Virus record (IMG/VR): IMGVR_UViG_3300047279_000159
Coordinates: 1 to 51,607 of that record
DNA: 51,607 bases
Reading direction: 5' to 3' (one strand)
Origin: a virus
Taxonomy: Duplodnaviria > Caudoviricetes
The notes under the pieces: generated by a model
Told to the model about the DNA's origin: nothing
Seen by the model: only the letters and a program-made list of their open reading frames with translations
Database searches by the model: none
Program-made: the position numbers and the translations under genes
Shown: positions 6,706 to 15,685 of the stretch, one piece after another
Position numbering within the stretch: the first letter of the stretch is position 1
Layout of the letters: each line of letters starts with the position of its first letter

Positions 6706-6772
6706 TGCCCATCTCCTCATTGGGCAATGTTGAGTGGGGGATTCGATCCCCCGGCATCACGCCTGGTACTCA
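6706..6772 (-). ncRNA. tRNA-like module, copy 4 (divergent)
   Basis: TGAGT acca GGC gtgat GCC GGGGG atcgaat CCCCC ACTCA, then TGCCC...agat GGGCA. Confidence 0.65.
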
Positions 6773-6943
6773 GAATGGGATGTCATCTTGAGAAGCTGAG
6801 CAAGTCACCTCCTCCATCTCAATGTCATCTAGGCAATCGTCCTGCCATCTCCATGCTTGAAGGCAAGCCTTCTCATGGGAAGAACAGATACGCATGTGTG
6901 TGTAGTCATCTTCTTGTGCGGTCACAAGCCAGTAGTGCATCAT
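6770..6943 (-). CDS. 57-aa acidic protein ending in DDIPF
   Basis: Manual translation MMHYWLVTAQEDDYTHMRICSSHEKACLQAWRWQDDCLDDIEMEEVTCSASQDDIPF. Confidence 0.65.
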   Translation of the reverse strand: MMHYWLVTAQEDDYTHMRICSSHEKACLQAWRWQDDCLDDIEMEEVTCSASQDDIPF

Positions 6944-7007
6944 TGAATTGAATGTGATAGGTCAGTGGAATGTTTGCGTGTTACGGATGCGCAACCCCCG
7001 ATAAGCC

Positions 7008-7027
7008 TGTGGAAAACCTGTGGAAAA
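7008..7027 (-). promoter_or_regulatory. two tandem TTTTCCACA boxes (cyanobacterial DnaA-box-like)
   Basis: TGTGGAAAA at 7008-7016 and 7019-7027 in the non-coding divergence region. Confidence 0.4.
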
Positions 7028-7493
7028 CCCAAGGTTATATAAGATACAGTTCTATACCGCAGCCACCGTAGCGAGGGAGGATTCCCTAAGTTGGGCGCGA
7101 TATAATACCGAAATGTAAAGAATTATGTCAATAATGGGTCAAAGAATGGTGCGAGCGGAGTCAGGTGAGCTTCCCTTAACGTAGACAGTTTACAAACCGT
7201 CCACTACTACATCTTTCACGTAGTCAGGCACGCTCCCTCCTCATGGGGTACACCCCCCATTCTTTTTTTTCTCCCCACATTTACTTTCGGTAACCTATCG
7301 GGAGAAGCGTCAGGTAATTTTATACCCTATTTAAGACCCATATGGCCCCCTTTTGAAGCCTAATGACCCCTGAAAGGGGTATATCGACCCGTTTTGGGGG
7401 TGATTTAATTCCCCCATAAAATTAAAATTCCCTACTTTGAAGTAAAAGTTGGTTTTTGTACGTATTTTCCCTAATTTGCCCAAGAATTGACAC

Positions 7494-7518
7494 AAAAAAA
7501 CCGGGGGATAAACCCCGG
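7494..7518 (-). terminator. rho-independent terminator
   Basis: CCGGGG tttatc CCCCGG followed by T7, after the 7545-7784 ORF. Confidence 0.8.
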
Positions 7519-7544
7519 CAATTAACAATATTTAATAAACTGGC

Positions 7545-7784
7545 TTAACCTTCCCTGGATCTCTTATAAGCCAGTGTTGCGGCCTTGGCTTTTTCAAATG
7601 CTTCCTCATCAGGAAGCTCATATGCCAAATTCATCTTGGCATCTTTAACAAAACCACGCACATCAAGGGAATCACGGCCTTCCGTAGCCATGTCCATTGC
7701 TTTATTTTTGATTGCCTCTAGAGCTTCCACTCGTTTTTGGCGCGTTCCAGCGTCCATTACTTTGTTGCTTAGCTTATTTACCAA
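7545..7784 (-). CDS. hypothetical protein
   Basis: 79-aa ORF followed by a terminator. Confidence 0.7.
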   Translation of the reverse strand: MVNKLSNKVMDAGTRQKRVEALEAIKNKAMDMATEGRDSLDVRGFVKDAKMNLAYELPDEEAFEKAKAATLAYKRSREG

Positions 7785-7857
7785 ATATAAGTCATCTACT
7801 CTTTAGGTTTGTCAGCGATAGAATCCTTAAATAGCAAATAGTTAGTCATAACTCTAA

Positions 7858-9447
7858 ATGGCGCTTTCTCCCGCTGATTTTTACGCTTACAGCCGTGCAA
7901 CAGGTGTGCCGGTCCCCGAAGATCCGTATGAAAAGGCTGAACTTGCGCCACAAGTTTTAGAATTCCGCCGTAATCAACTCAAAGCCCCGCAACCAGAGCA
8001 AAATATTGCACAAGCTCTAGGAACTGCTGCACTTGGTACTGCTGCCGCCATTGGTGCGGGATTAGCGGCCCGTCGTTTCTTTGGTCGTGGGGCACAAGCA
8101 GTTAAACAAGCAGCTCGTCCAACCAGTCGTGGCATTACCGTTGGCGATTTAAAAGAATACACCTCTGGTCCGGTTGAAAAAATTGCAGCTACCCCCAGCG
8201 CACAGGCCGTTCCTAAATCAGCGGAGATTGTCAACCCCTCTATCCCTGCCCCTGGAACAACAGCCAACGCTTTAGAGATTGATCCGACTGATCGGTTGAT
8301 TGCCGAGTTCCAACAAATGCGTGCAGCTAAAACGCAAGAGTTGAGCGGCAGGATGGAACAGGCTTATGGCAAGCAGTTGTACAAAACAGCTGATCAATTG
8401 ATGGACGAACTGCAAGGTGAGTCGTTAACTGCAGCGCAACAATCGATCACTCCCCTGCAGAGCATTCAAGCCAACAATGCCCTTGACTCTGGGGCCAACC
8501 AAGTTGCTGGGCGTATTGAACGCAGGGAAGGCCGTGATCCTAGTTACGATCCCACTGAGGCCGCATTGTTGAATGAAGAACCTCGCCCACTTACTTCGCA
8601 AGAACTTGCGGATGTTGCCAGGGATGAAATGGTTGCTCGTCGTCAAGCAGTAGAAGCCCGTGGTTTACGTCCTGGCACCCAACGTTTTGAACGAGCACTT
8701 GCCGCAGATTGGACAAGTAAGCCCAACTTGGAACCTGGCAGTGAAAAGTTTAATCAAAGTATTTCACTACCTACCACCATTCGCAATGCAGTAGAAGCAG
8801 CTAGCGCTGATCCCCTCGATCCCCTAGGTGGACTTAAAGAAAGAGCATTGATCAATATCGGTCCTGATACACAGATTGAAAAAACTGCAGCTGGCACTGC
8901 AATCCGCGGAGCATCTGCAACACTAAACGAAGCATTACCCAAACGCAGTTTACGTGAGCTGTTGGGCGGAGACATGGGACCTGACATCCCTGGTTCTCAG
9001 CGTGTCCGTGGAGCCATGGAGGCAGATGTACCGCCAACTCAACTGTCCAAACAAGAAATTACTTATAGCTTTCTTAATCAAGCTCCGGAACCTGAAATTC
9101 CCGGCGGTTCAGCAGGCATTGGTGTGTACGGCATAGATCCCAACTATGTCCCTGGAGCAATGAGCAAAACTACAGGTGCATATTCTGCTGCAGCATCCCG
9201 TAAACCTTCAGATGTTCCTAAGTGGCTGGAACAACGGGAAGCAACTCCTTTTTCCACAGTTTCAAACCAAGCTTTAGAAAACGCTTTAAGTAAAGCCAAT
9301 AAAGGTGGTGCTGCTGCGATTACCAATGAAATAAATCGTCGGCAAGTAAACCGTGAAAGTGTTGCAGCAAGCGAAGCGTTACGCCGAGCTAGAATTGAAG
9401 GACGCGATCCTCAAATGATCCTTAGGCAACTAGGTGTTGTTGATTAA
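7858..9447 (+). CDS. large Ala/Gln/Pro-rich putative virion (internal) protein
   Basis: 529 aa, first gene of the rightward module, one Gly/Ala hydrophobic helix. Confidence 0.6.
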   Translation: MALSPADFYAYSRATGVPVPEDPYEKAELAPQVLEFRRNQLKAPQPEQNIAQALGTAALGTAAAIGAGLAARRFFGRGAQAVKQAARPTSRGITVGDLKEYTSGPVEKIAATPSAQAVPKSAEIVNPSIPAPGTTANALEIDPTDRLIAEFQQMRAAKTQELSGRMEQAYGKQLYKTADQLMDELQGESLTAAQQSITPLQSIQANNALDSGANQVAGRIERREGRDPSYDPTEAALLNEEPRPLTSQELADVARDEMVARRQAVEARGLRPGTQRFERALAADWTSKPNLEPGSEKFNQSISLPTTIRNAVEAASADPLDPLGGLKERALINIGPDTQIEKTAAGTAIRGASATLNEALPKRSLRELLGGDMGPDIPGSQRVRGAMEADVPPTQLSKQEITYSFLNQAPEPEIPGGSAGIGVYGIDPNYVPGAMSKTTGAYSAAASRKPSDVPKWLEQREATPFSTVSNQALENALSKANKGGAAAITNEINRRQVNRESVAASEALRRARIEGRDPQMILRQLGVVD

Positions 9448-9449
9448 TC

Positions 9450-9680
9450 ATGGCCGACGATAAAAAGAAAAAAGAAAAGAAGTGGATTCAATCTGCAGAT
9501 ATGAAAGAAGGTGCGTTTACCGCTAAAGCTAAGCGCAAAGGAATTACCTCTGCTCAGCTGCAGGAAAATGTATTGAGCAATCCTGACAAATATGACGAGA
9601 CAACTCAGAAGCAAGCTAAATTGCGTAAGACCCTAGTAGGATTGCACAATAAGAAAAAAGCAGGCAAAGCTGAGGATTGA
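9450..9680 (+). CDS. small basic protein (KWIQ...KEGAFTAKAKRKG)
   Basis: Lys-rich 76-aa ORF. Confidence 0.7.
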   Translation: MADDKKKKEKKWIQSADMKEGAFTAKAKRKGITSAQLQENVLSNPDKYDETTQKQAKLRKTLVGLHNKKKAGKAED

Positions 9681-10339
9681 TGGCACAAGACGCACGCCTT
9701 GATCTTGGTCGCTACGTACAAAACCCTTTCAACAGGCAAGGTCAAGTAAGTAAAAAACTTGACTTTCATGATCTATTTGCGTCTAAACCGTCAACAGGGG
9801 AATACCCCTGGAACCCATCAAGGTTTAGTGAACGTGATTTGATGAAGCGGATGATGACTCGTAAAGAGACATTAAATCCAGCTTTAAATTTTCTTGGTAA
9901 TGCTCCTTTCTTTGATGGTAATCAAAACGGAGTAACGCCTGAGTATGAGTTGTTTGATGGTCTTGGTCGGTTTAACAGGCCAGAAGATTACGACTTTAAT
10001 GAAGGTCGTGGTAAAACTGCACAACGTCCCCAGGAACAACCTGATTTTAACCCTCAATGGATGGAGGCTTATAAAATTAGCCCAACGTTAAATCCTTCTA
10101 AGATGGCAAAAAATCCAATGCCCCGTCTTAGGAATCCTGATCCTCAAGGCTTTCTCCTGGCAATGGCTGAAAAACGTGCTGAAAGTGACGTTGAGGATAA
10201 GCCGTCAATTGCACAACTGCTTGAGCGTGAAGGAGCAATTAAAACACAACAAGCAAATGCAGAAACAAGGCAAGGAGAAGAAACGGCAAATGTTAATGAT
10301 AAACAGACAAATATTTCCCCTGGTAAAACCGTAGGCTAA
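9677..10339 (+). CDS. hypothetical protein
   Basis: 220-aa ORF. Confidence 0.75.
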   Translation: MMAQDARLDLGRYVQNPFNRQGQVSKKLDFHDLFASKPSTGEYPWNPSRFSERDLMKRMMTRKETLNPALNFLGNAPFFDGNQNGVTPEYELFDGLGRFNRPEDYDFNEGRGKTAQRPQEQPDFNPQWMEAYKISPTLNPSKMAKNPMPRLRNPDPQGFLLAMAEKRAESDVEDKPSIAQLLEREGAIKTQQANAETRQGEETANVNDKQTNISPGKTVG

Positions 10340-10374
10340 GACCAGATAAAATAAACAGATAAAGGTTATATAAG

Positions 10375-10950
10375 ATGGCAGTGCCCACAGGTCTTCTTCA
10401 GCGACTTGCACAGTACGCTGGAAAAAATAAAGACATTGTCGGGAACGTTGGTACCGGCAGTGCTTTGACCGCAGGGTTTGGTTTGTTAGCTGGTGGCCCC
10501 AAAGCCGCTGCCGCTTATGGAGCAGCTGATTTCTTGGCAGCTTACCCAGCCACTTTACTGGCTCGCAAACTTGGTTCAAAAATTACTAAGCCAGTAATGG
10601 GTATTGACCCAAAAACAGTACGAGGTGGTTTAGAGACGGTTGCAAATTTAGGGGCGTCGATTATTTCTCCAGCCGTTGTAGATGCAGTTGCTGGTAAAAC
10701 GTTATATCCAGAAACAGCTCAGGGCAATGTTCTACAGCAGCAACAAATTGCCCAAGAGATGGAGCAACGTGCGGCTATTAATGGTTTGCAAACACCTCAG
10801 TTAGTTTCCCCTGGGACACAGTTTCAAATGCAGGGTCTTGAGCAAACGTTTTTACAAAACTTTACAAAACCGCAAAACTATATGGCTGAGATGATGCCCG
10901 AGTACGAATCATATTTAGCTGATCTTCGTTCCTATGGACGGTTGCAATAA
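10375..10950 (+). CDS. putative internal virion/ejection protein
   Basis: Gly/Ala hydrophobic helices and Q-rich C-terminus. Confidence 0.55.
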   Translation: MAVPTGLLQRLAQYAGKNKDIVGNVGTGSALTAGFGLLAGGPKAAAAYGAADFLAAYPATLLARKLGSKITKPVMGIDPKTVRGGLETVANLGASIISPAVVDAVAGKTLYPETAQGNVLQQQQIAQEMEQRAAINGLQTPQLVSPGTQFQMQGLEQTFLQNFTKPQNYMAEMMPEYESYLADLRSYGRLQ

Positions 10951-10955
10951 TTCAC

Positions 10956-11915
10956 ATGAATCTTTTTCAACAAATTAGACAAATTCCAGGAGACATTCAA
11001 GAGGGTTTTAAAACTGCTGATCGTATTCAGCAGAAGATGATCAATGATGGCGTTGGATACGGCGAAAGCATTTTAGATCCTCGTTTTAAACAAAAAGTTG
11101 CAGAACAGGGGATTAGCGCTCGTAACACCCCAGCTAAATTTTTAGGTGCTTATGCATCTCGAATGGCAATTGACGCTGCAAACGACGGAACACGTACGTA
11201 CTGGTGGCGTTACAACCATCCGTTAGCTATTGCACAACGTGGCCTGGAAGCAGGTGTTAATAAAACCTGGCTTGAGTCTCCTACCGCAAGAGCTGCTGTT
11301 GCCCTTGGGATTGCAGCACCAGCGGTTGCAGCTGCTGGAACATACGACATCACCAACCCGGAAGAGCAGTTTCGTCCTAAAGGGTTTGCGCAGTCTTACT
11401 CGGAACCTGGTACGGATGATCGCAGAACATCTCAACAACCTGCACAAGAAATATTTGAACGTTTCTTTTTAGGCCGTACAGGTGAACCTCTTAAATACGA
11501 AACGGCTAAAAAAGAAATTCCTGATTTAACACCACAGCGTTATGGTAATTATATGAATTACCTTTACAACGACAAAGGTTTGTTGGGGCTAGGTGTTCTT
11601 AAAGGAACAGCTGAAAATCTTCAAGGCACACCTGAAGTGCGGTTGTTAGGTTTCCCAGCAAATATTCCAATGGCAGCAGGTTTTGCTGCTGGTACAACCG
11701 GTGCCGTACTTGCGGGTAAAGGAAGCAAGCGCTTAGGAATCCCTGGGGGCAAGACACCAATGGCACGTGCAGTCCGTGGTTTAGCTGGTGGTCTACTTGG
11801 TTCTTTGACCGGCGTTGCTGCTGGCAATGCAGTTAATGAACAAATTGCAGCAGGTAATCGTCCACAGTTACCAACAGTTAATGACTATCAAAATATAAGT
11901 GCTGATAGAATTTAA
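10956..11915 (+). CDS. putative internal virion/ejection protein
   Basis: 319 aa with glycine-zipper segments (GLAGGLLGSLTGVAAG). Confidence 0.55.
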   Translation: MNLFQQIRQIPGDIQEGFKTADRIQQKMINDGVGYGESILDPRFKQKVAEQGISARNTPAKFLGAYASRMAIDAANDGTRTYWWRYNHPLAIAQRGLEAGVNKTWLESPTARAAVALGIAAPAVAAAGTYDITNPEEQFRPKGFAQSYSEPGTDDRRTSQQPAQEIFERFFLGRTGEPLKYETAKKEIPDLTPQRYGNYMNYLYNDKGLLGLGVLKGTAENLQGTPEVRLLGFPANIPMAAGFAAGTTGAVLAGKGSKRLGIPGGKTPMARAVRGLAGGLLGSLTGVAAGNAVNEQIAAGNRPQLPTVNDYQNISADRI

Positions 11916-11938
11916 CTAACAAGAACATATTCATAAGG

Positions 11939-12934
11939 ATGGCTGACGTAACTGGAGGATATCCCGGTTCACCAGAAGATGAACGTTTTACACGCCGTGG
12001 TAGTGGAGCAGGTAAGTTCCAACGCCCTGGCACTCCTAATCAAATTACCCAGGCCCAAGGAATGGCCAATGATTGGCTAAGTGGGATGATGGGTTCCCTT
12101 GGTCTTGGTGGCCAAGTACAACCTAAAGTGACAGGTGATATCGGCCCCTCAGCTGTTGAGCCTACCTATGGTGGTGGCGGACGTGGTTCAGGTGCTGGCG
12201 GTGGTCGCGTAACGGTTGGCGCTACTAGTGGAGCACCAGCTTCCCGAGGTGCCATGGCTGGTATTGGCCAATCAATTGAAAATATTCCAGCGGGCCGCCT
12301 TGGTCTCGGCCTTGGAATTATTCCTGGTGTGACCACAGCAGTTTCTCAACTTAATGCAGGAAATCCGATGGGAGCTGCTGGTGCTCTTGCTGGTGCAGGT
12401 GCAGGCGGTCTTCTTGGTGCTGGTGCCGCACGGTTTATTCCTTCTACAGGACGCTATGGTTTAATTGGAAAAGCAGCACAGGCTGTTTTACCAGCTGTTG
12501 GTTCCTATATTGGTGCAGGTCAAGGTGCCGAGGCGGCTGAATACGCTCGTCAATCTATTACCAAAATACCAACAAAAAATAAAGAGGGTGAATTTGCCTC
12601 TCAAATTGCAGCAGCAGAAAAACTAGGTGAAATTGGTGCCACACAGTACCGTAATAATCTGGGTGTTCAGACCAGTGCTATTAAAGATTTAAATAAATAC
12701 CAATCTGATCTTCAGTACATGGATTTACAACGGAACATGCCTCTTATAAACCAAATGAAGAATGCTGACTTGATTCGTCAGCAATCTTTGATTGCAAGCC
12801 AAGGTCAACAACTTGGCAACTTGAGTGTTCTTAATTCTGCAGGTCAACTTGCTCTTGGTGGCCAAGCTGAAACCGGTGCAACAATTCGCACCATGCTGAC
12901 GGCTAATCCTTATGCCAACGCAGTGTTGAGGTAA
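11939..12934 (+). CDS. putative DNA pilot/ejection protein
   Basis: Glycine zipper plus Q/N-rich coiled region. Confidence 0.55.
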   Translation: MADVTGGYPGSPEDERFTRRGSGAGKFQRPGTPNQITQAQGMANDWLSGMMGSLGLGGQVQPKVTGDIGPSAVEPTYGGGGRGSGAGGGRVTVGATSGAPASRGAMAGIGQSIENIPAGRLGLGLGIIPGVTTAVSQLNAGNPMGAAGALAGAGAGGLLGAGAARFIPSTGRYGLIGKAAQAVLPAVGSYIGAGQGAEAAEYARQSITKIPTKNKEGEFASQIAAAEKLGEIGATQYRNNLGVQTSAIKDLNKYQSDLQYMDLQRNMPLINQMKNADLIRQQSLIASQGQQLGNLSVLNSAGQLALGGQAETGATIRTMLTANPYANAVLR

Positions 12935-12936
12935 TC

Positions 12937-13488
12937 ATGGCCTATCAAGGATTTAGTTTTGGTAATTTTTTAAATAACCAGCCTTCTGTCGATTGGAAGA
13001 ATATTCCTACTGGTGGATTCAAAGGTGCAGCTTTTCAGTCGTTGCTTCAACCCGCTGCAGCTGCAACTGAAGATTGGAGTAGCAGTCCAGGGGGATATCT
13101 GGGTCAGCTTGCAAAGCTGAAGAAAGACTATCCCAACGCAACTCCAGCAGACATTCAAGCAGCAATGTCTGCTAGACCTACAACTGATCAGTTTACTGCA
13201 GGGTTAGGAAAATTAATGGATATTGCTGCTTACAATCAAAGCCCAGAAGGGATGGCAGCGCAGCTTAAGATGGGTAGCGAACTTGCCAAGGAACAAGCTA
13301 GAGAGACACTGAAGTATCAAACGCTTGCTAATCTCCCTGGTCAAATTGAGCGTGCATTTGCAGCAGATAAGTATTACGAAGGGATGAGCCGGATTCCTGA
13401 AATTTATCGTGGAACGTTTGCAAGCGTACCGTCAATGAACATTCAAGCTCCTGGATACAGCGCTCCACAGAGGCGTTATTTTAACTAG
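12937..13488 (+). CDS. hypothetical virion protein
   Basis: 183-aa ORF. Confidence 0.6.
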   Translation: MAYQGFSFGNFLNNQPSVDWKNIPTGGFKGAAFQSLLQPAAAATEDWSSSPGGYLGQLAKLKKDYPNATPADIQAAMSARPTTDQFTAGLGKLMDIAAYNQSPEGMAAQLKMGSELAKEQARETLKYQTLANLPGQIERAFAADKYYEGMSRIPEIYRGTFASVPSMNIQAPGYSAPQRRYFN

Positions 13489-13501
13489 TTGATTTATAAT
13501 A

Positions 13502-14083
13502 ATGACATCAACTTCTAATTACTGGAATCCATCCGCAAGTAATTCTTCAAATTTTTCAACGGATTGGAATTCTGCTGTTAATTGGAAACCAGGTAGTAGC
13601 ACAGGAGGAAAAATGGCTTTTGACCCAACATCCTTAGCATCAGCCGGTATTGGCGCAATAGGCGGTCTGATTACTGGTTTTGGTCAGCAACGTACTGCAG
13701 CTAATATTGCCAATGCGCAGCAAGCCGCTCAGGCTGATGCGTTAAAACAAGGCATCCTCTTCCAGCGTGATTCAGCCAAAGCCAATATTGGCCTTGGTAT
13801 GTTTGGTCAAATTTTCGGTGCAACTACTGAAGCAGATCTTGACTTTGGTCGCCAAGCCCAAGCCAAACGCATGGAATTTGCTGAGTTCATGCCTAAGCAA
13901 ATGGGCTTGGACCGAGAGCAAGCAACATGGGAAACCGCTTTCAGAGGTGGCCCTTTGTATAGAGATACATCACGTAAAGAACGTATTGGTAGACTACAAG
14001 AAACAATTGCAGCAGCAAGAGCACAGCCAACAGGTATGTTCGGCCGTATTGCACAAGCTCCTATTGAATCATTAATGGTGTAA
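13502..14083 (+). CDS. putative ejection protein (P22 gp7-like architecture)
   Basis: LASAGIGAIGGLITGFG followed by an AQQAAQ coil. Confidence 0.5.
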   Translation: MTSTSNYWNPSASNSSNFSTDWNSAVNWKPGSSTGGKMAFDPTSLASAGIGAIGGLITGFGQQRTAANIANAQQAAQADALKQGILFQRDSAKANIGLGMFGQIFGATTEADLDFGRQAQAKRMEFAEFMPKQMGLDREQATWETAFRGGPLYRDTSRKERIGRLQETIAAARAQPTGMFGRIAQAPIESLMV

Positions 14084-14085
14084 TT

Positions 14086-14970
14086 ATGGGCGGTTCTAAA
14101 GTTACTTACAAGGCACCAGAAATTCCAAAGGATGACACCTTTGCAAATTTTTTAAAGTATCAACAAGAAAAAGAAGCTTCTGCCGATGCTCGTGTTGCGC
14201 AAGAAAAGGCAGAGCAAAGAGCAGCTGACGAGTCACGCAAAGCAGCCGGCGCCGCAGGATACTCAGGGTTGCGTACAGGAGTTGAGAATCAACTTCGCCA
14301 AGGTTTACTTGGTTATGAAGAGGCTACTCAGAAGTTACGTGATTACTCCACCAAGTACGACCTAGGACCGGTTGAGGAAGACGTCAGTAGGTTTTCAGAC
14401 ATCTACACCAAAGAACTTCTCCCTGGCCGCCGTGCAACCGGTATTGGTGCGGCGTATGAAGAGATTCTTGGTCGTCAAGCAACCGCAGAAGAGCAAGCAA
14501 AAGCAACAGAGCGTTTTAATCAGGGTTATTACACTTCCAATGACGATCTCCGTAATTCTCTTTATAAAGGTACGGAATATAACGACAAATTTAATCAAAG
14601 CTATTTAGATAATTATTACGACACAAAATTTGGCAAACAGACAACTGATGCAGCAGGCAAGAAGACAGGTCAACGAACTTTTAAATTTGCTTCTAACCTT
14701 CTTCCACAAATGTCAGAAGGCACGACAGCCCGTGCTGGAATTGTTGTGCCAACCTTTGGTGATTTTACTGGCACCGCAGGAGAGATTGAAGATCAACAGC
14801 AGAATGTTCGGGACACTCGCCAGTACCTATACAGCGCTGGCTTAACTAATTTACAAGGTGAAATCGATAAAGAAACTCAAAAATTAAAAACTGAGGGGAG
14901 TAAAGAATTGGCTAAGATTCAATCACAAGGTTCCATCTATAATAGTTTGGTTGGCAGTTTTAATTTTTAA
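14086..14970 (+). CDS. hypothetical virion protein
   Basis: 294 aa, coiled-coil N-terminus. Confidence 0.65.
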   Translation: MGGSKVTYKAPEIPKDDTFANFLKYQQEKEASADARVAQEKAEQRAADESRKAAGAAGYSGLRTGVENQLRQGLLGYEEATQKLRDYSTKYDLGPVEEDVSRFSDIYTKELLPGRRATGIGAAYEEILGRQATAEEQAKATERFNQGYYTSNDDLRNSLYKGTEYNDKFNQSYLDNYYDTKFGKQTTDAAGKKTGQRTFKFASNLLPQMSEGTTARAGIVVPTFGDFTGTAGEIEDQQQNVRDTRQYLYSAGLTNLQGEIDKETQKLKTEGSKELAKIQSQGSIYNSLVGSFNF

Positions 14971-15011
14971 AAACTAAGATTGCTATAATTACCTTAGGTT
15001 GTTAAAAAATC

Positions 15012-15191
15012 ATGACTTCTTCCGTCCCTACCGGTCAATCTGGAGCCGACGACTATTTCGACATTACTAAGTTCGAAGAACTTCTCAATCGTCTTGAAGG
15101 TTCCAAAGGTCGTCAGCAACGTCAAAAGTCCCTGGAAAGCCGCCGCGACATCTATGCGCAAGGCCTTGCCAGCATGATGGGCAACTTCTGA
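15012..15191 (+). CDS. 59-aa protein, tandem paralog A
   Basis: MTSSVPTGQSGADDYFDITKFEELLNRLEGSKGRQQRQKSLESRRDIYAQGLASMMGNF; absent from the ORF track. Confidence 0.85.
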   Translation: MTSSVPTGQSGADDYFDITKFEELLNRLEGSKGRQQRQKSLESRRDIYAQGLASMMGNF

Positions 15192-15216
15192 TTAACTCTT
15201 TAATTGTTAACGTATC

Positions 15217-15396
15217 ATGACTTCTTCTGTCCCTACCGGTCAATCCGGAACTGACGACTATTTTGACATCACCAAGTTCGAAGAACTTCTTAATCGTCTT
15301 GAAGGTTCTAAAGGTCGTCAGCAACGTCAAAAATCTCTGGAAAGCCGTCGCGATATTTACGCGCAAGGCCTTGCCGGTATGATGAGCAACTTCTAA
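15217..15396 (+). CDS. 59-aa protein, tandem paralog B
   Basis: 56/59 aa identical to paralog A, with many synonymous changes. Confidence 0.85.
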   Translation: MTSSVPTGQSGTDDYFDITKFEELLNRLEGSKGRQQRQKSLESRRDIYAQGLAGMMSNF

Positions 15397-15421
15397 TTTT
15401 TTCGTGTAGAGTTTATAAGAC

Positions 15422-15685
15422 ATGACCAGCAGTTTTGCCGATCCATCAGTTCCCGCTGGTCAATCCGGTGAGGACGACTATTTTGATTTAGATAAATATC
15501 GTCAAGCTGCTGGCGTTGCTTACGAATTTTCCAAGAAAAAAATGGAGACCGCTGGTGAACAAGAACGTGAAACCATTGGTAAGGGAGCAACAGAATCCCG
15601 AACCTCTGCTGAACAACAAGACACCTTCAAGCGTAAAGACGAAGAACGCGATTACGGCCAGGCCCAACGAGCTTATCGATATTGA
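15422..15685 (+). CDS. 87-aa protein sharing the N-terminal VPxGQSGxDDYFD motif with paralogs A/B
   Basis: MTSSFADPSVPAGQSGEDDYFDLDKY. Confidence 0.8.
   Translation: MTSSFADPSVPAGQSGEDDYFDLDKYRQAAGVAYEFSKKKMETAGEQERETIGKGATESRTSAEQQDTFKRKDEERDYGQAQRAYRY

Noticed and set aside
6706-6772. Canonical tRNA gene
   Set aside because: T-arm present but only about 42 nt in the core, with no anticodon arm; kept as a tRNA-like module
4528-6772. CRISPR array or mini-array
   Set aside because: Repeats conserve structure rather than sequence, are separated by whole genes, and no cas genes are present
15085-15423. 112-aa minus-strand ORF
   Set aside because: Antisense to the conserved 59-aa paralog pair, whose synonymous pattern identifies the plus strand as coding
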